A stretch of 63,055 nt of DNA, the filler included, from Reticulomyxa filosa (lineage: Eukaryota > Protista > Foraminifera), in assembly GCA_000512085.1 (NCBI GenBank). It is 19 parts of 19 records of this genome, joined end to end, with 100 filler letters (N's around TTAATTAATTAA, not from the genome) between each part and the next. Parts side by side here need not be neighbours in the genome. Positions count along the whole stretch, not along the records: positions 5,503 to 14,053 come from ASPP01005357.1; positions 14,154 to 17,639 come from ASPP01013158.1; positions 17,740 to 23,269 come from ASPP01016386.1; positions 23,370 to 25,841 come from ASPP01025647.1; 15 more parts are not named here. One strand, 5' to 3'. The translations under genes and the position numbers were made by a program. Of the stretch, positions 11,473 through 24,699 are shown in pieces (the first letter of the stretch is position 1; each line of letters begins with the position of its first letter). Below the pieces are notes generated by a model. That model was not told where the DNA came from. It searched no databases and worked only from the letters and a program-made list of their open reading frames with translations.

Positions 11473-13974
11473 TCATGCCACGCGAACAGGAGTTTCGTCC
11501 ATGTCTTTGATGGATGGTTTGTTTTCAGTACCAGCCCGGGTTGGAGGTGGAGCAACGTGTATTTGTTCTGATTTTGGCGCCAAACTGAAGCGGATTGACC
11601 TAGCACGCAATTCGAAGCCTTTCTTTTCTTTTGCCCATGGATAAACTTTTTCGCCAATATCAAATGGTTGCCACTGCAAGATTAAGGCCTGCTCGTGATC
11701 AGTCAAAGGATGTTCCAAGGCAGTCACATTCACATTATCAAATCTAGTGTATCCATACATAACCATATCCCCCGCCCCCAACAAAAGCATTAAAAAAAAG
11801 TGTTGTCAAAATTGCACATTGAAAATATAAGATATTTCTTCAACTGTATGCGATTGAATCCTTTTTCATCAATATAATCATAAAGTTTATCTTCGAGAAG
11901 GTTTTCACCGTTGATAAATTTTAAACGAGCCAAAATGTACATGTGGGCTTGAAAAACGTTGTGGAAGATGCGATCGATTCCGATTAACTTTAACAAATGA
12001 CTACGCTTAATCAGCTTCATGACAGGATATTTGACATCGGTCAGTATTAACGCGACATTGTTTTGGTCTAAATGCTTGTGTGCATTGTCCAACGCGAGCA
12101 CGCCGCTGCTGTCCATATCATTGATAGCGCTGCAATCCAAGATCAAAAAGTACAATTGCTTGGCGCTTCTTCGATGTCGTTCCACGACCACTTGGATCGC
12201 GCGTTTGAAGTAGTTGACATTGCCAAAGTATAAGGCCCCATCGAAGCGGAACACGACGATACCCGGTGTTGTGATGGCGTTGGGCCACGACGTGATACTG
12301 CCATACATTGTCGTATGGGCAATTCGACCCACAATGGCACAATGAGGTTTACTCGATCTTTGAACCAAAAACACAATGCTAAGAGCAAATCCAACCTCGA
12401 TGCCCTCAAAGATTCCCCACAATGTGGTGCAAAGCAACGTCACTGCGACAATGTACGAGTCTTTTGTGTCAATGCTGAATATCTCTTTGATCTTTTCGTA
12501 AGGGAACATTCCCACGCACGCGTTCCATACAATGCCTGCCAGCACACTACGTGGTAGCCAGTAGAGCAAGTTTGGACACCCGCTTATTAATATCATCACA
12601 CTAATCACCACCGCCGCGCAAATCCAGTTGAACACCAATGTCTTTGCGCCCGCTTGGTCTATTTTATGTGTAATGTGATACACATATACGCATTATTATA
12701 TATTGATAGGAGGAAGCACAATCACGCATTTTCGACATTTTTAAAAAAAACACACACACAAACACATTCAATTCAAACATCTCTCTTGTTCTTCTTCTTA
12801 TACAGTGTACATATCACATCTCGAGATGTGAATAGTTGCCTTACCTGCAAGTGGTGCGTGAGTGAACACACCACCGGCCGGGAAAATGCCAAACAAGCTA
12901 CCGATTAAATTAATAATTCCATGGGCGTACATTTCGCGTGTTGGGATCAAATCATATTCGTGTTTCAATGCATAATTGGCAGCAACTTTTTTTTTTTTTT
13001 TTTTATTGAAAAAATGCATTTATTTTTAATTCAAACGATCAAAAAAAAAAAAAAAAAACATTACATGAACAACACTTATAAACAAAAAATATGTTACAAC
13101 AAAAACAAAAAGGGGGGAAATTGTATACGTATTTTTGGAATTTTGAAGAATAAAAAACAAAGAAATGTAAAAAAAAAAAACAGAATTAAGAATTCTTTTT
13201 CGTTAACCGGCAATGTGTGTGGTAAAGATGACGACAGCAGCAGACAAAGCTTGCAAAAGAAAAATGTTAGGATGACGATCGACCAAAGAAAAATCCAAAT
13301 CGATTTTGGTGGGGAATCGGATGACAATTTCTCCAATAATTTCAGGCGCATGCAAAGTGCCCTTGTTCCAGTTTCCTTTGGTGGCATGATCCAAAAAGCG
13401 GCCGCCAAAGTTGATGAGAGTGAAAAACACCACCAGGATCAGGGTCATGGGTGTGCTTTTCATGATCTTGCTGTACTTCCAATTGGGGAAGTATTTGGGG
13501 ATACCTTTGAACGTCATCAAGGTGGTAAAGGTGGCAACACAGCACGCAAATGCCTTCCAATTGAAAGAATCCCAATGTTGCAACAGCTTCACATTGTCGA
13601 TCCACGTGGTGGTGTGTGGATTCAATGCAAACGCATACTTGAGTTGCGAAGCTGCGATTTGCAAGGCCGCTCCTCCGGTAAATCCCAACAACACCGGATA
13701 CGCCAGAAACGATGCAATAAATCCGATGCCAAACACTGCCATTCCAAAGTAAAACACGCCCGTCATAAAGGCCAAGGTTTTCACACCGTCGCGTACGCGT
13801 CCGTCAACGACGCCGCCGGGAAGTTGGTCATCACTGCGAGAGTCAAGATTGTTGACATCGAACTGCATCCGAATGTCACATGGCGAGACGTGCCAAACAA
13901 TGGGTACAAACACATCCCAATGCATGCCGTATATAAGCCAAGCGCCGGACTCACACCGATCACACCCGTATAAG
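11473..13974 (-). CDS. SulP/SLC26 anion transporter with STAS domain, 5'-truncated, multi-exon
   Basis: Sulfate-transporter motifs GLYTACIG..LYPLFGTSRHVTFG, PVLLGFTGGAALQIAASQLK and LPRSVLAGIV, followed by a STAS region (PGIVVFRFDGALYFGN..LILDCSAINDMDSSG). One frameshift near 13785. Confidence 0.9.
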
Positions 13975-15585
13975 CTTTTTTTTTTTTTTTTTTGTGTATA
14001 AGTAAAAAAAAAAAATAGTTATGGACCTTTTTTTTTTTTACTAATTCTGAAATNNNNNNNNNNNNNNNNNNNNNNNNNNNNNNNNNNNNNNNNNNNNTTA
14101 ATTAATTAANNNNNNNNNNNNNNNNNNNNNNNNNNNNNNNNNNNNNNNNNNNNCTCAGCATCGGAATAAAAGATGCACACTTACAAAAAAAAGAGAAGAA
14201 AATATTATGTAAAGTTAAAAACTGTATAAAGTATCCTTGAAAAAAACAATTTCAATGAAAAATACAGAATCATGCATTTTTTCATTGAAATTTTTTGGTT
14301 CTTTTTCATAAGTTATTTCATCAATGAGGAGCGCAATCAAAAGTTAAAAAAGCCAATGTCTCGTCAGTTGAGAGTTACTTGGCTGTTGCTACTTTTGGCT
14401 AACGAAATTCAACAATTGGAAAATTATCTCTATACGCATAGCGTGTCTTAGATTAATGAAGAAAAAAATCAGTGAACAACTTCATTCTACTAGCAATAAC
14501 AGCAAAGGTAGAACAATAAAATTTTAAAAAAGCAAAAACAAAATAGTAAAAAGAACACGAAGTGGATGCACAATTTTAATTCATCCCTTTGTTCGTGTAG
14601 TAAGATTATGGATGACGTTTATGAAATACTATAGAGTTCCACTTTCCTCTTTTGTTAGAGAATGTCTCCAGAAATTGTTCGAAGACTTTCACACTCATTT
14701 GGAACAAACTTTTTGCCCTTTGTGGATACATAACTTGCTGTCAAAAAATATATCCACATCTTCCTTGCTATGTCCTGTTTGTAGTGATAACGACCAGTGT
14801 TTCAAAATTTTTTAAAATAATATATGAACATATACAAAAAAAGCAAGAAACCAACGCAATAATTAGAGCTTTTGCAGGTATTTGTAAACTTCTTCTCAAC
14901 GCTGCTGTGTAAATATTGTTGTATTATCTAATACAAAATAAGTCTAAAATCAGCACAAAAAACATTCCTGGTGGATGAAAGTTCAATCGGAGAAAGTATT
15001 TATTTAGAAAAGTCAATCAAAAATATAATTGCGATTATTTTATATTTATATTTCTTTGGGGTGGTACACTAAAAGTTTTGGAAAACAGATAACTAATACA
15101 AGTAACTTTTGCGGTCGTGCCTGTTTTTTTTTTGAAAAATAATTTGAACTAAAATTTCCCATTGTTGATAAAGTTCGAAGCAATAAAAATTAAAATAATA
15201 AATATATACTCAAGCTTAATTCTGTTGACAGGATATATATCATTGAAATCAAAGCGCGATACTTGGTCACTTGTGATTTCAAATTTCATTTTTAGTTTTT
15301 TGATTTACCCCAACGGTCAAAAGGATATACAATTGAAAACAAACAGTTGATTTCTTTTTTCACTTGCTTTGGTATTTGTTGTTGTTGAGATTGTGGTGTA
15401 TACGTGTTCCCTCAAACCTTACAAGTCAATCCCAAACACTGCGTGCGAAGGGGGGGGGACGAGGGACGAAAAAAAAAAGATCACTTTGTTATGAACAAGC
15501 ATGTAAATTGTGTTTAATTTGATCTTTATGAATGGGGGGGGGGGGGGGAAAAAATATTCAGGAGGAGCATAGTCCAATATAATAA

Positions 15586-16115
15586 ATGTCATCGAAACCA
15601 ATAAAACGAGGATCAATATCGTCGCATCCGGGCGGTAGAGTTAATGTTCCATTTTTTATTTTTATTTTTTTTTTGGGTTGGCATTTGCATTGTTAGTTGT
15701 CCGCTTTTTGCAAATATGGTATTGTGTTGTTGTGTAATAGCAAAAGTGGCCAAGTGGACGTATGAACCCGAGAAACAATGCTGACAATGGCGGAAATAAC
15801 AGTAATAATAACAACAATAATAATGGCAACAATAACAATAATGGGGCTAATCACGGCAATATCGACAATCGAAACAGAACGGGAATGTCCAATGCTTCCA
15901 TCATTGACAATGGCAACAACAGTAACAGCATTAATAACCCTGGCAATGGCATTGATAACAATTTAAGTACTGTTGATAACAACTTCGTAAATAATAATAA
16001 TAATAATAATAACGCAAGCGGGAGTGAAATGCGCCGTTCCAATTACAACCTGGGCAACAAAGGTATCCCCACAAATCGTGTTCTTTTAGGTGTTAACAAG
16101 AGAGGAAGCAATGAC

Positions 16116-16172
<57 letters not shown>

Positions 16173-16736
16173 CTATTATTGTTATTACTATTATTGTTAT
16201 TACTATTGTAAAAAAATGTATACATGTGTAGTTTTTTTTTCAAGGTCGCACTTACAATCGCAGAGGGGGCATGATGGGAGGCAAAGTGGTCGGGGGTGAA
16301 CCGAATAACATGCATGGCAATTATTCAGGACGATTTTCTTCTTCGACACAAATAGTGCGTGTTGTCGTCTTTCATCTCCCCTTTTTCATTTTCTGTTTCT
16401 TAAGATTGACAATAAGGAAACAAAACATCAAACAAACAAATAAACAAACGAAAAGAATCAGAGAACAATGACAGTCGGAGCGGGATATCAAAACCAACCA
16501 AACTCCTCACAAAAAATGAGCATGAATATTGGACAAGTTCCATCTCAACCCAATACCGTTTCGCCAATGCTTTCAACTGGACAGCAGCAACAGCAACAAC
16601 AACAGCAACAACAGCAACAACAGCAACAACAGCAACAACAACAACAACAACAAGTTTTTTACATTCTCTACTTTTTTTTTTTGTTTACTGTTTTCATATG
16701 TGTGTATGTAAATAAATAAATGTAAATGTATATACA

Positions 16737-16773
<37 letters not shown>

Positions 16774-16783
16774 GTATAACGTA

Positions 16784-16815
<32 letters not shown>

Positions 16816-17550
16816 AACAAGGGCAATATACAGGGACACTTGATAACAAATCAATCAATGGTATTTTCGCATGCGAATCCAAATGTACGACTTTCGTGGG
16901 CTACTCCGGCCGGCAGTTCTGGACACATATTGCAAGCGCAGCTGCTTCAATCTCAGCAAGCACAAGTGCAAGGACAGACACAAGGATCATCCCAGCCACA
17001 AGTGCATCAGCTGCTAACCACTACAATGGATCACACTTTGAATGAAAATGAAGATAATCACAACCATAACCATAACCATAATCACAATCACAATCACAAT
17101 CATAATCATAATCATAATCATAATCACAGTCATAATCATAATAATAATAGCCATAATCATAATCACAGTATCAATCATACAATGACAAAGGAAATGAGCG
17201 ACTACTCCAATCGATTGCAAGGATCCGAAAATCAAAACCAATCAGTGACAATGTCGACCCCGTCTGGAGAAATGAATAATGCATCATCTTCTTCTCCCTC
17301 TTCTTCTTCATCATCATCATCTTCATCATCCTCATCATCATCATTATCATCGTCATCATCTTCTTCATCCTCCATTCCCATGCAATCGCTTCCGTCTGTC
17401 CCAACACAAACCCATGTGACATCCACACCACAGTTGCAGTCACAAGCCATCCCTGTATCGTTGCTCAGAACCAACGACCCAAGCCAAGCTCAGTCGTCTG
17501 TTTCCATGTCTGAGTCATCCCTTTCCTCGTCCCAGTCTACCAATATTCAA
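15586..17550 (+). CDS. Hypothetical multi-exon N/Q/H/S-rich low-complexity protein (3'-truncated)
   Basis: ATG at 15586; exon 15586-15639 splices in frame to 15741. Poly-N, poly-Q (~16582-16652), (HN)n (~17056-17166) and poly-S tracts, separated by GT-AG introns rich in microsatellites. Confidence 0.6.
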
Positions 17551-17739
17551 GTATTTTTTTTTTTTGTTCTTCACAAATTGCGTTTTTTTCGTTTATCCCC
17601 TCCTTTAGCTTTATACATTTGTACTTTTTTTTTTTTTTCNNNNNNNNNNNNNNNNNNNNNNNNNNNNNNNNNNNNNNNNNNNNTTAATTAATTAANNNNN
17701 NNNNNNNNNNNNNNNNNNNNNNNNNNNNNNNNNNNNNNN

Positions 17740-18715
17740 CGATACAAGGCGATTGGCAATGAGGCATTTGAAGCGAAGCAATACACGCGAGCGTTTAAGT
17801 TGTACGATCACGCGCTTAAGATTATCCAGCACAACAGCACCTTTAGCGACGAGGAGAAGGCGCAGTCCAAGCCGCTCGTCACGTCGCTCAACTTGAACTT
17901 GGCGCTGGTTCATTTGAAAAGGGACGAGTTCGTGGAGTGCCGCATGAAAGCAGACGAAGTGCTGAAAGAGGACAGTCGCAACCTCAAAGCCTTGGTGCGT
18001 CGCGCACAAGCGCATATCCACTTGGTCAACAATGATTTGGCTAAAGAGGACCTCAAACTTGCTTTAGAAATTGACCCCGATAATGATGTTATTTTTTCTT
18101 TTTTAATTTTTATTTAGTTTAATTTTTAAAAAAAAAAAAAAATGGACGTATACGTAAGAATTAGAATTTTTTAAAAATTCTTTACTCCAATTTATTATTA
18201 TTTTGTGTGACATACATTTTGTTAGTTCAAAATTATATCCAAAAAATTGTTTGCGGATATATGTGTGGGGGGGGGACATGATGCATAATTATATAGGATG
18301 TAAAAAAGTTGATTGCGATAAATAAAAAGAGAATGCAACAACACAAGCAAAAAGACCGCCAAGTGTACGGTAATATGTTTGTGCCGAAGTCGAAGAATAA
18401 TGATGAGACCAAGGTCGAAGAGATAATGATGGGGAAAGCAAGGATAATAAGGACGAAGAGGTGAAGGAGAAGAACCAATTTGCTGATGGCATTCTAAACG
18501 CAATTGCGCACAAAGAAAACGAAGACACAAAAGTCGCGGAAACAAAAGAACATCAATACGGACAAGAAAAAGCGGACACTACGGATATACATCATACTGA
18601 AAGCCAGCAACCGCCTCAGCTTCCTGCGCAAACCAATCCGATCAAAGACCCTGCACCTATCCTTTCGGCAACTTGTGAAAATCAAGATGTCAAGTCGTCT
18701 TCTCCAGAACAGTAA
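17740..18715 (+). CDS. TPR co-chaperone domain of an FKBP/CyP40-type immunophilin, C-terminal part
   Basis: Three TPRs (KAIGNEAF..Y, NLNLALVHLK, NLKALVRRAQAH..AKEDLKLALEIDPDN), intron 18088-18296, then KDRQVYGNMF, typical of large FKBPs. Apparent frameshift near 18420. Confidence 0.8.
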
Positions 18716-20468
18716 TTTCCAGGGAGGGGAGAAAAAAATAAAAATTAAAAAAGTAAAAAAACTTGGAAAAAAAAAAAAGACAAAATTAAACAAACACCAG
18801 ACGAACTGGAAAGAAAAAAAAGCCTTTGCTGTTTGTTTGTTTGTTCTTTTTAATTTTGTTTGTTGCTTTGGCGTGATTCATATAAAACCCAAAAGAAGTT
18901 TTTTCTTTTATATGATGGGTTAACGTGCCCCACGTTTCAAACATTTGACAGTTTTGAAAACTACACATTTTTTCTTGCTGCCTTTCATGGTATATGCTTG
19001 TTTCGCTTTGCAAAAAAAATCACCATCTCCCTGTGCATTTTGTATATTATATAAAAATGTACGTTTTCCCAAAAAGTATTCGGATGGAGGAATTCTAGCG
19101 ACAAACTTATTATTTTTATTTGTGCCAAAAAAGCACATGTAAATAATCTCATAAAATACTTCTAATATTGGCTAAGATTATAGCATATCCTTGAAAAAAT
19201 GTTCTTAAACAAGGTAAAAAAGTTGAGCTTGGGGTGTTAAAAGCGAGTTTTTTCTCATACTAACAATTTTCTCATTACGCTCGCATCAACGTAACAAATG
19301 GCAGTCCACGACTTCGCTGATTTGAAATGTTGCACACGTTTGGGATTTTTCTGCCGTAATCCTTCGTTAGACCCGTTTTTGTACGGCACATTGGGATTTT
19401 TCCTGATCGGATTGGCTTTGTGCTTTTCAAGCGCATTGATGTCAGCAGCTAAACACAGAATGTAAGTTATTTCAAATGATTACAACAAATCTTTTCTTTG
19501 TTTAAGATACCGTATAAACCAAAAAGATTCAATGAACCAAAAAAGAAAAACGGTAAAAACAAATAAAATAGATTGGCAGTTTACTTGTCAACCATTTTAT
19601 GATCTGTGTGTACATCATGTGGCCTGCGCATGGTTGCATCAATGGCACCCATTGATATATCCAAACTTTGAAGACAATGCGACTGATTGCAGTTCGACAA
19701 CTTCGTCCCTATATCTTTTTTTTTGTATTTCCAAAAACTACATGAGAATTTACATTTACCGTTTGTTGGGGGGGTAAAATCTACAGACGCATCTTCGGTA
19801 CTGTCAGAGGGCTCTCGCAGAATGTTGTATGACTTGAAATATGACTAAGTTCCAATAACAATGAGAAAAATCGTGTTTGCTTTTTATTGAGTTTTTTTTT
19901 GCACGAACTTTTATAACTTGTTGCAGTCTTTTTTTGGCTACCTTCCAAATATTTTTTTTAAACTTCAAATATCCTTTCCTATTTGAGGAAAAAACAGCTT
20001 TTATTGGATAATGAGTTAACAAGGAACAAGATCAGCCAACTAAAAGTTACAAATGATTCATATAACAGTGTATCTTCGCTTTTTTTTGAGGAACGAAACA
20101 TAGGTGTGGAGACCAAAAATCGTTTACAAATTTTTACAATATTACGCACAAAATGTCTGAGTTGATTTATATTTGTCGATAAAAAAGATTTTTTGTTGGG
20201 GTCTAAAATGCTTTCAGGAAGTGTAAAAGGTACTTAGAAAGAATCACAAAGGACAAACGAAAAAAGTTGATTTTTCAACAATAAGATAAACTGCAAACAA
20301 CAACAGAAATAGTGTCGGATTAGAAACGTCTTGAAGAAAAAAAAAGGAGCGCATCTTTAGCGCCTTGGTCTTTTGAGTGGATCTTTACATTTTCCTTTAA
20401 AAATTTTGGTATTATGAACGACTTGAATTTTTTCCCTCTCTTTTTCTGCTTTTCTTTCTTTATAGATT

Positions 20469-23181
20469 TTAGTCTTGATGTAACGAAGGGAAAAAACCCT
20501 CAAGCACAGATGGCCCATCTTTTCTTTGCCATCGTTTGTAATAGTCATCTAAATTTGCTCTCCTTTCACGAAATGATAGCCGTAACTTTGAATCGCTACT
20601 TCTAAAAAAAAGCATATCGCAGAGTATAAATATGGTCCAATATGTTAACAAACCAAAAAAAAAAGTTGCAACATAACTGAACAGCACGATTAGCCTCTAA
20701 AGCAGTCAATCGTACTAAAGGAGCCAACACATGTTGTCGCACAACCATGTTGTTGACTAAAGGACCAAAGCTTCCGACCTTGTCTTTTTTATGAATTTGT
20801 ATTCGAAATAAGCCATTTCGCAACGGATAGATGACAATATTTACGGTATTGAAATCTGTGGAAATGGTATCAGGTAAATAAGAGCGTGTATGTTCGGTCC
20901 AGACAATATTGACATGATCATTTCCAACGTGTCGCTTTCGTTCGGTGTATTGGGTATCACCTTCACGTACACGCATGCGCGTGGCGACATGGAAGATTAT
21001 CTCATAGGTGCCAGTGGCAAAGTAACAAGCAAATCGGCCGGTAGAGCTGGCATCCAATCCACCCACAAATCCCTCATGCACACTTAAATCAATCAGCCAG
21101 CCCAAATCATCAATAAATTTTTCGTAGCAGTAGCTGCCTTTGTCATTGCCCAGAATGTAATGTTGGTGGTTTTTGATCACGTCCAACATATTCAACTCCG
21201 ATTTTATGAAACTCTCGTCTATCATTTTATTATTTACAAATCATTATTATTACTATTGTTATAATATATACATATACATTTTTTTGGTTTATGGTTGCAT
21301 TACAACTCTTTCAAACCATTCATAAAAAAAAAAAAAAAATTATCTCCACATTCATTTCGAAAGATACATATATATATATACATATGCATGTATAAATAAA
21401 ACATACGTGGTGCTTTGAGATCGATCCATCAAGTCCAAACGCCTGTAGAGTGTCTCGGCCTCTTGCGCGGGCACCATGCCCAGAACATCATTGTTCATTT
21501 GAAAAGGATAGTCCTTGAGACCCAGCTTCTCCCAGTCGGGCCACGTGTGGCGAGTGGCACTGCTCACATGAGGACCCGCGTCGGAACGGGTGCGCGACAA
21601 TATGATGCTTTGTCTCGTCTGCTGTTGCTGTTGCTGTTGTTGCACCTCCTTGTGAGACGGCAGCTTAGATGCATTTGTGTGGAAGCACTCGGTGGGCGGA
21701 CTGTATCCGGATTCCTTGCGCGTTTCCAAAAACGAAAAGGTGAAGTCGCCCACGCCAATGGTTTGTCCAGGAGTGAGCAACCCCAAATGTGAAAACAGAA
21801 AGCGACTGCAATCGAATTGGTTCAAACAAGCCATATCTCCTTGCGGATGAGGGTCTAAATCAAATTCATTCATTTTTAGCATTGGTGAAGTATTGCCATT
21901 GTTATTGTTATTGTTATTGTTATTGTTATTGTTATTAGCAGCTGTTGCACTCTCATCTCGCAATGGAGACTGCACCGCAGCTAACACTGGAGTACTACTC
22001 GTCGAACTCGCCGGAGAGCTTTGCAAATCCGTCGCCAATTCGTGGTACTTGCGGGTAATCGGGTCCACACCATACGCACCTTTCATCTCCCGGTCTCTTG
22101 CCATTTTGAATTCGTCATTTAATTCTCTTTCTTTTGCTTCCTATACATATATACATACATATATGTATATATGTGTTACATTTAATCAATTAATCAAAAC
22201 ATAACATGCCCACATAAAAGTATACATACACGTATACATATATATATTTATATACATATATAAGAAAGAGTACTTGATCACTTAGGAGAGAGAACAAGCG
22301 ATTACGCTCCTTGTTGGATAAAATGCCAGTGGGTAAAGCGCCGAATTGTGAATAGCGTGCCTTTCGTTCGTTTTGGACTGACTCACGAACGCTCAGCGGC
22401 GGCGGCGAGGAAGGGGTGGCGTTGCCTACGCCGACGTGTAGAGTGTCGGAAGGCCTCATATTCGCATTGTCGTCCGCACCACTGCCGCCATGGTCGCGAT
22501 GATAATTCGAGCCGTGTCTCTTTTTTCTTCTTTTTTTTTTTCTTTTCCTTTGGTCTTTTCTTTGTCTTTGTTTTGTTTTTCTCCTTGTCTGACTTCTTCT
22601 TCTCCTTTCTTGTCCTTTTCTTTCTTCTTCTCCTCCTCCTCTTGCTTCTCTTTTATTTCTTTTTCACTACTATTGTCGTAATACTCTACTCTTCGTTCTT
22701 TATCATCGTTATCATCGTTATCATCGTTATCATCGTTATCATTGTTATCATCGTTATCATCGTTATCATCTTTTTCATCATTATCTTCCTCGTCTTCCTC
22801 TCCTTCTTCTTCTTCTTCTTTTTCTTTTCTTTTTCTTTTACTTCTTTTTTTTCTAGATCTTCCTCATGATCGTGCCCTTGCTCTTGTCTTTGATCGATGC
22901 TGTTGGCGTTCCATTGGTTTCCGTCCATGTCGAAGACGATGGAGGAACTGATGGACAAATTGGCTTTGTCACGCGGCGTAGGGTCATCCATCGCCGCGGA
23001 AATCGACAGCCCAAACTCATTTTCTTTGTCCACGTCGGTAGATTTCCCATTTTCGCTGTGCTCGCACTCGTGCAGTTTGTTGCCAATGTACTGCAGCACT
23101 TGGGTCAGTCCATCCGTATGGCTGGACAAGTCGTAGTGGAACACTGGCTTGTCTTGCAGGTATTGTGTCAAAGGAACAGTT
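20469..23181 (-). CDS. RapGAP-domain protein, RalGAP alpha-subunit-like (5'-truncated, multi-exon)
   Basis: EIIFHVATRM..RKRHVGNDHVNIVWTEHTRSY..TDFNTVNIVIYPL..FGPL matches the RapGAP Asn-thumb region in RalGAPA/tuberin style. The upstream VLQYIG...HEC resembles RALGAPA. Frameshifts in A-runs around 22500-22850. Confidence 0.8.
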
Positions 23182-23369
23182 GCTTTTTTTTTTTTTTTTT
23201 TTTTTAATAAGAATAATTTGAAATTAGTATACACATATATATATACATATATATGTATATATATATGTANNNNNNNNNNNNNNNNNNNNNNNNNNNNNNN
23301 NNNNNNNNNNNNNTTAATTAATTAANNNNNNNNNNNNNNNNNNNNNNNNNNNNNNNNNNNNNNNNNNNN

Positions 23370-24426
23370 GCTAATATCAGAGATATTGATGAACCGAATA
23401 TGGGAAGGGCTATTTTACGCGTATTGGATGAGTGACAAGCAGTTGGTACAGCAAGAATTGGAATTGGTAATAACAACAATGGTCCACCATTGCAGTGACT
23501 GGTATACGCTGTCGCACGAATGGACTCGCATCGATTTTCTACGGATGGATAAGTTTATGAGTTTGGTTCGCCATTTGATGCATCAGTGTTTGGACTTTTT
23601 GGCCTTGAATTCGTGGGACACGAGTTTGTGTCAATCTTTTTCCAATTTGTTTTTGAACAACAACCCGAACAATGCCGACAACCAACCGCAAGGGAACCGA
23701 GTTCTGTTCTGTGACTCCAACAATCGAGGATCGGCCTATCATTTGTGTGACATTTTTATGGATGAATTGATCAAAGTGTGCAGCGTCTCACCTGTTCATT
23801 ACTTATTGAAATGTGCCAAGAATCAACATTTGCAAGCAGAAAAAAAAAAGACAAAGAAGTTATTGCAAAAGCAAATAAACAATAATAATAAGAATATTGG
23901 TGTGATGAACAGTGGATGGAATCAATGATCCCAGAATCCTTGGTGCAAGACCAAGTACAGGTATTGAAGCAATATCGCCCGCCAATCACGTTTGATGCGT
24001 TGTATGTGCTGTTGACCTCTTATGTGAATGTGTACCTGGAGTCGTCGGATGAACGCCAATAACTGCATGTGCTGCAGACTGTCGTACTGCAACTGGTCCA
24101 AAGCATGAATTTGATCGACGCAGGTATCATCGTCGTGTCCTTTTCCCTGGCAAAGCCGACTTTGATATCATCGAGCCGAAATTCAATTTTGGCTCGACCA
24201 AAAAATCCAATTCCACTGTTCATAGACAAACCGGCAACGTTTTCATCAATAACAACAACGGCGGAGATTCTGGAAAGGAAAAGGACAAAATGATGATGGA
24301 AATAATCACACCAATGCCAATTCCAATGATAATTATCAGTTTGATTCGCAAAACAATGAACTGCTGAAATTCATGGATGATGGCATTCCTCTTGGAATGG
24401 ACGTTGATGGAAAAAATTACCAATAA
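23370..24426 (+). CDS. RRP1: RRP1/Nop52 family rRNA-processing protein (5'-truncated)
   Basis: RIWEGLFYAYWMSDKQLVQQEL and EWTRIDFLRMDKFMSLVR match the Nop52 domain. The 3' exon limits are approximate. Confidence 0.8.
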
Positions 24427-24699
24427 GATTTAAACGATATTTATGGAAGTCATCAGTTTTTTTTTCTTTAAACATTCGAATGTTCAAAAACAAATAAAAT
24501 AAATGTTGTATTTTTTTAAAATGAAACAAAATTTTTAAATTAATTCCTTTAAATTTCCATCACCTGCTTACAGTGTTATACTTATTTGCTGTTTGTGAAT
24601 GCTTTTTTAAAATATTGGAAAAATTGTTTTGGCGTTATATCTGTTTTTTGTTGGTCGTTTGACTGTTGCAATGTTTGTTTCCTTATCATTTCTATGTCT

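Noticed and set aside
12921-13973. 350-aa plus-strand ORF
   Set aside because: Antisense shadow of the SulP exon plus intronic poly-A.
14248-14292. 15-bp inverted repeat
   Set aside because: Very AT-rich and single copy, so plausible by chance. Not a terminator in a eukaryotic context.
19270-19870. Three small exon-like GC-richer blocks on the minus strand
   Set aside because: I could not assemble a consistent reading frame or recognise a family.
22686-22800. (ITM)n peptide repeat in the ORF track
   Set aside because: Wrong frame of a 9-bp repeat that encodes DDN in the RalGAP-like gene after a frameshift.
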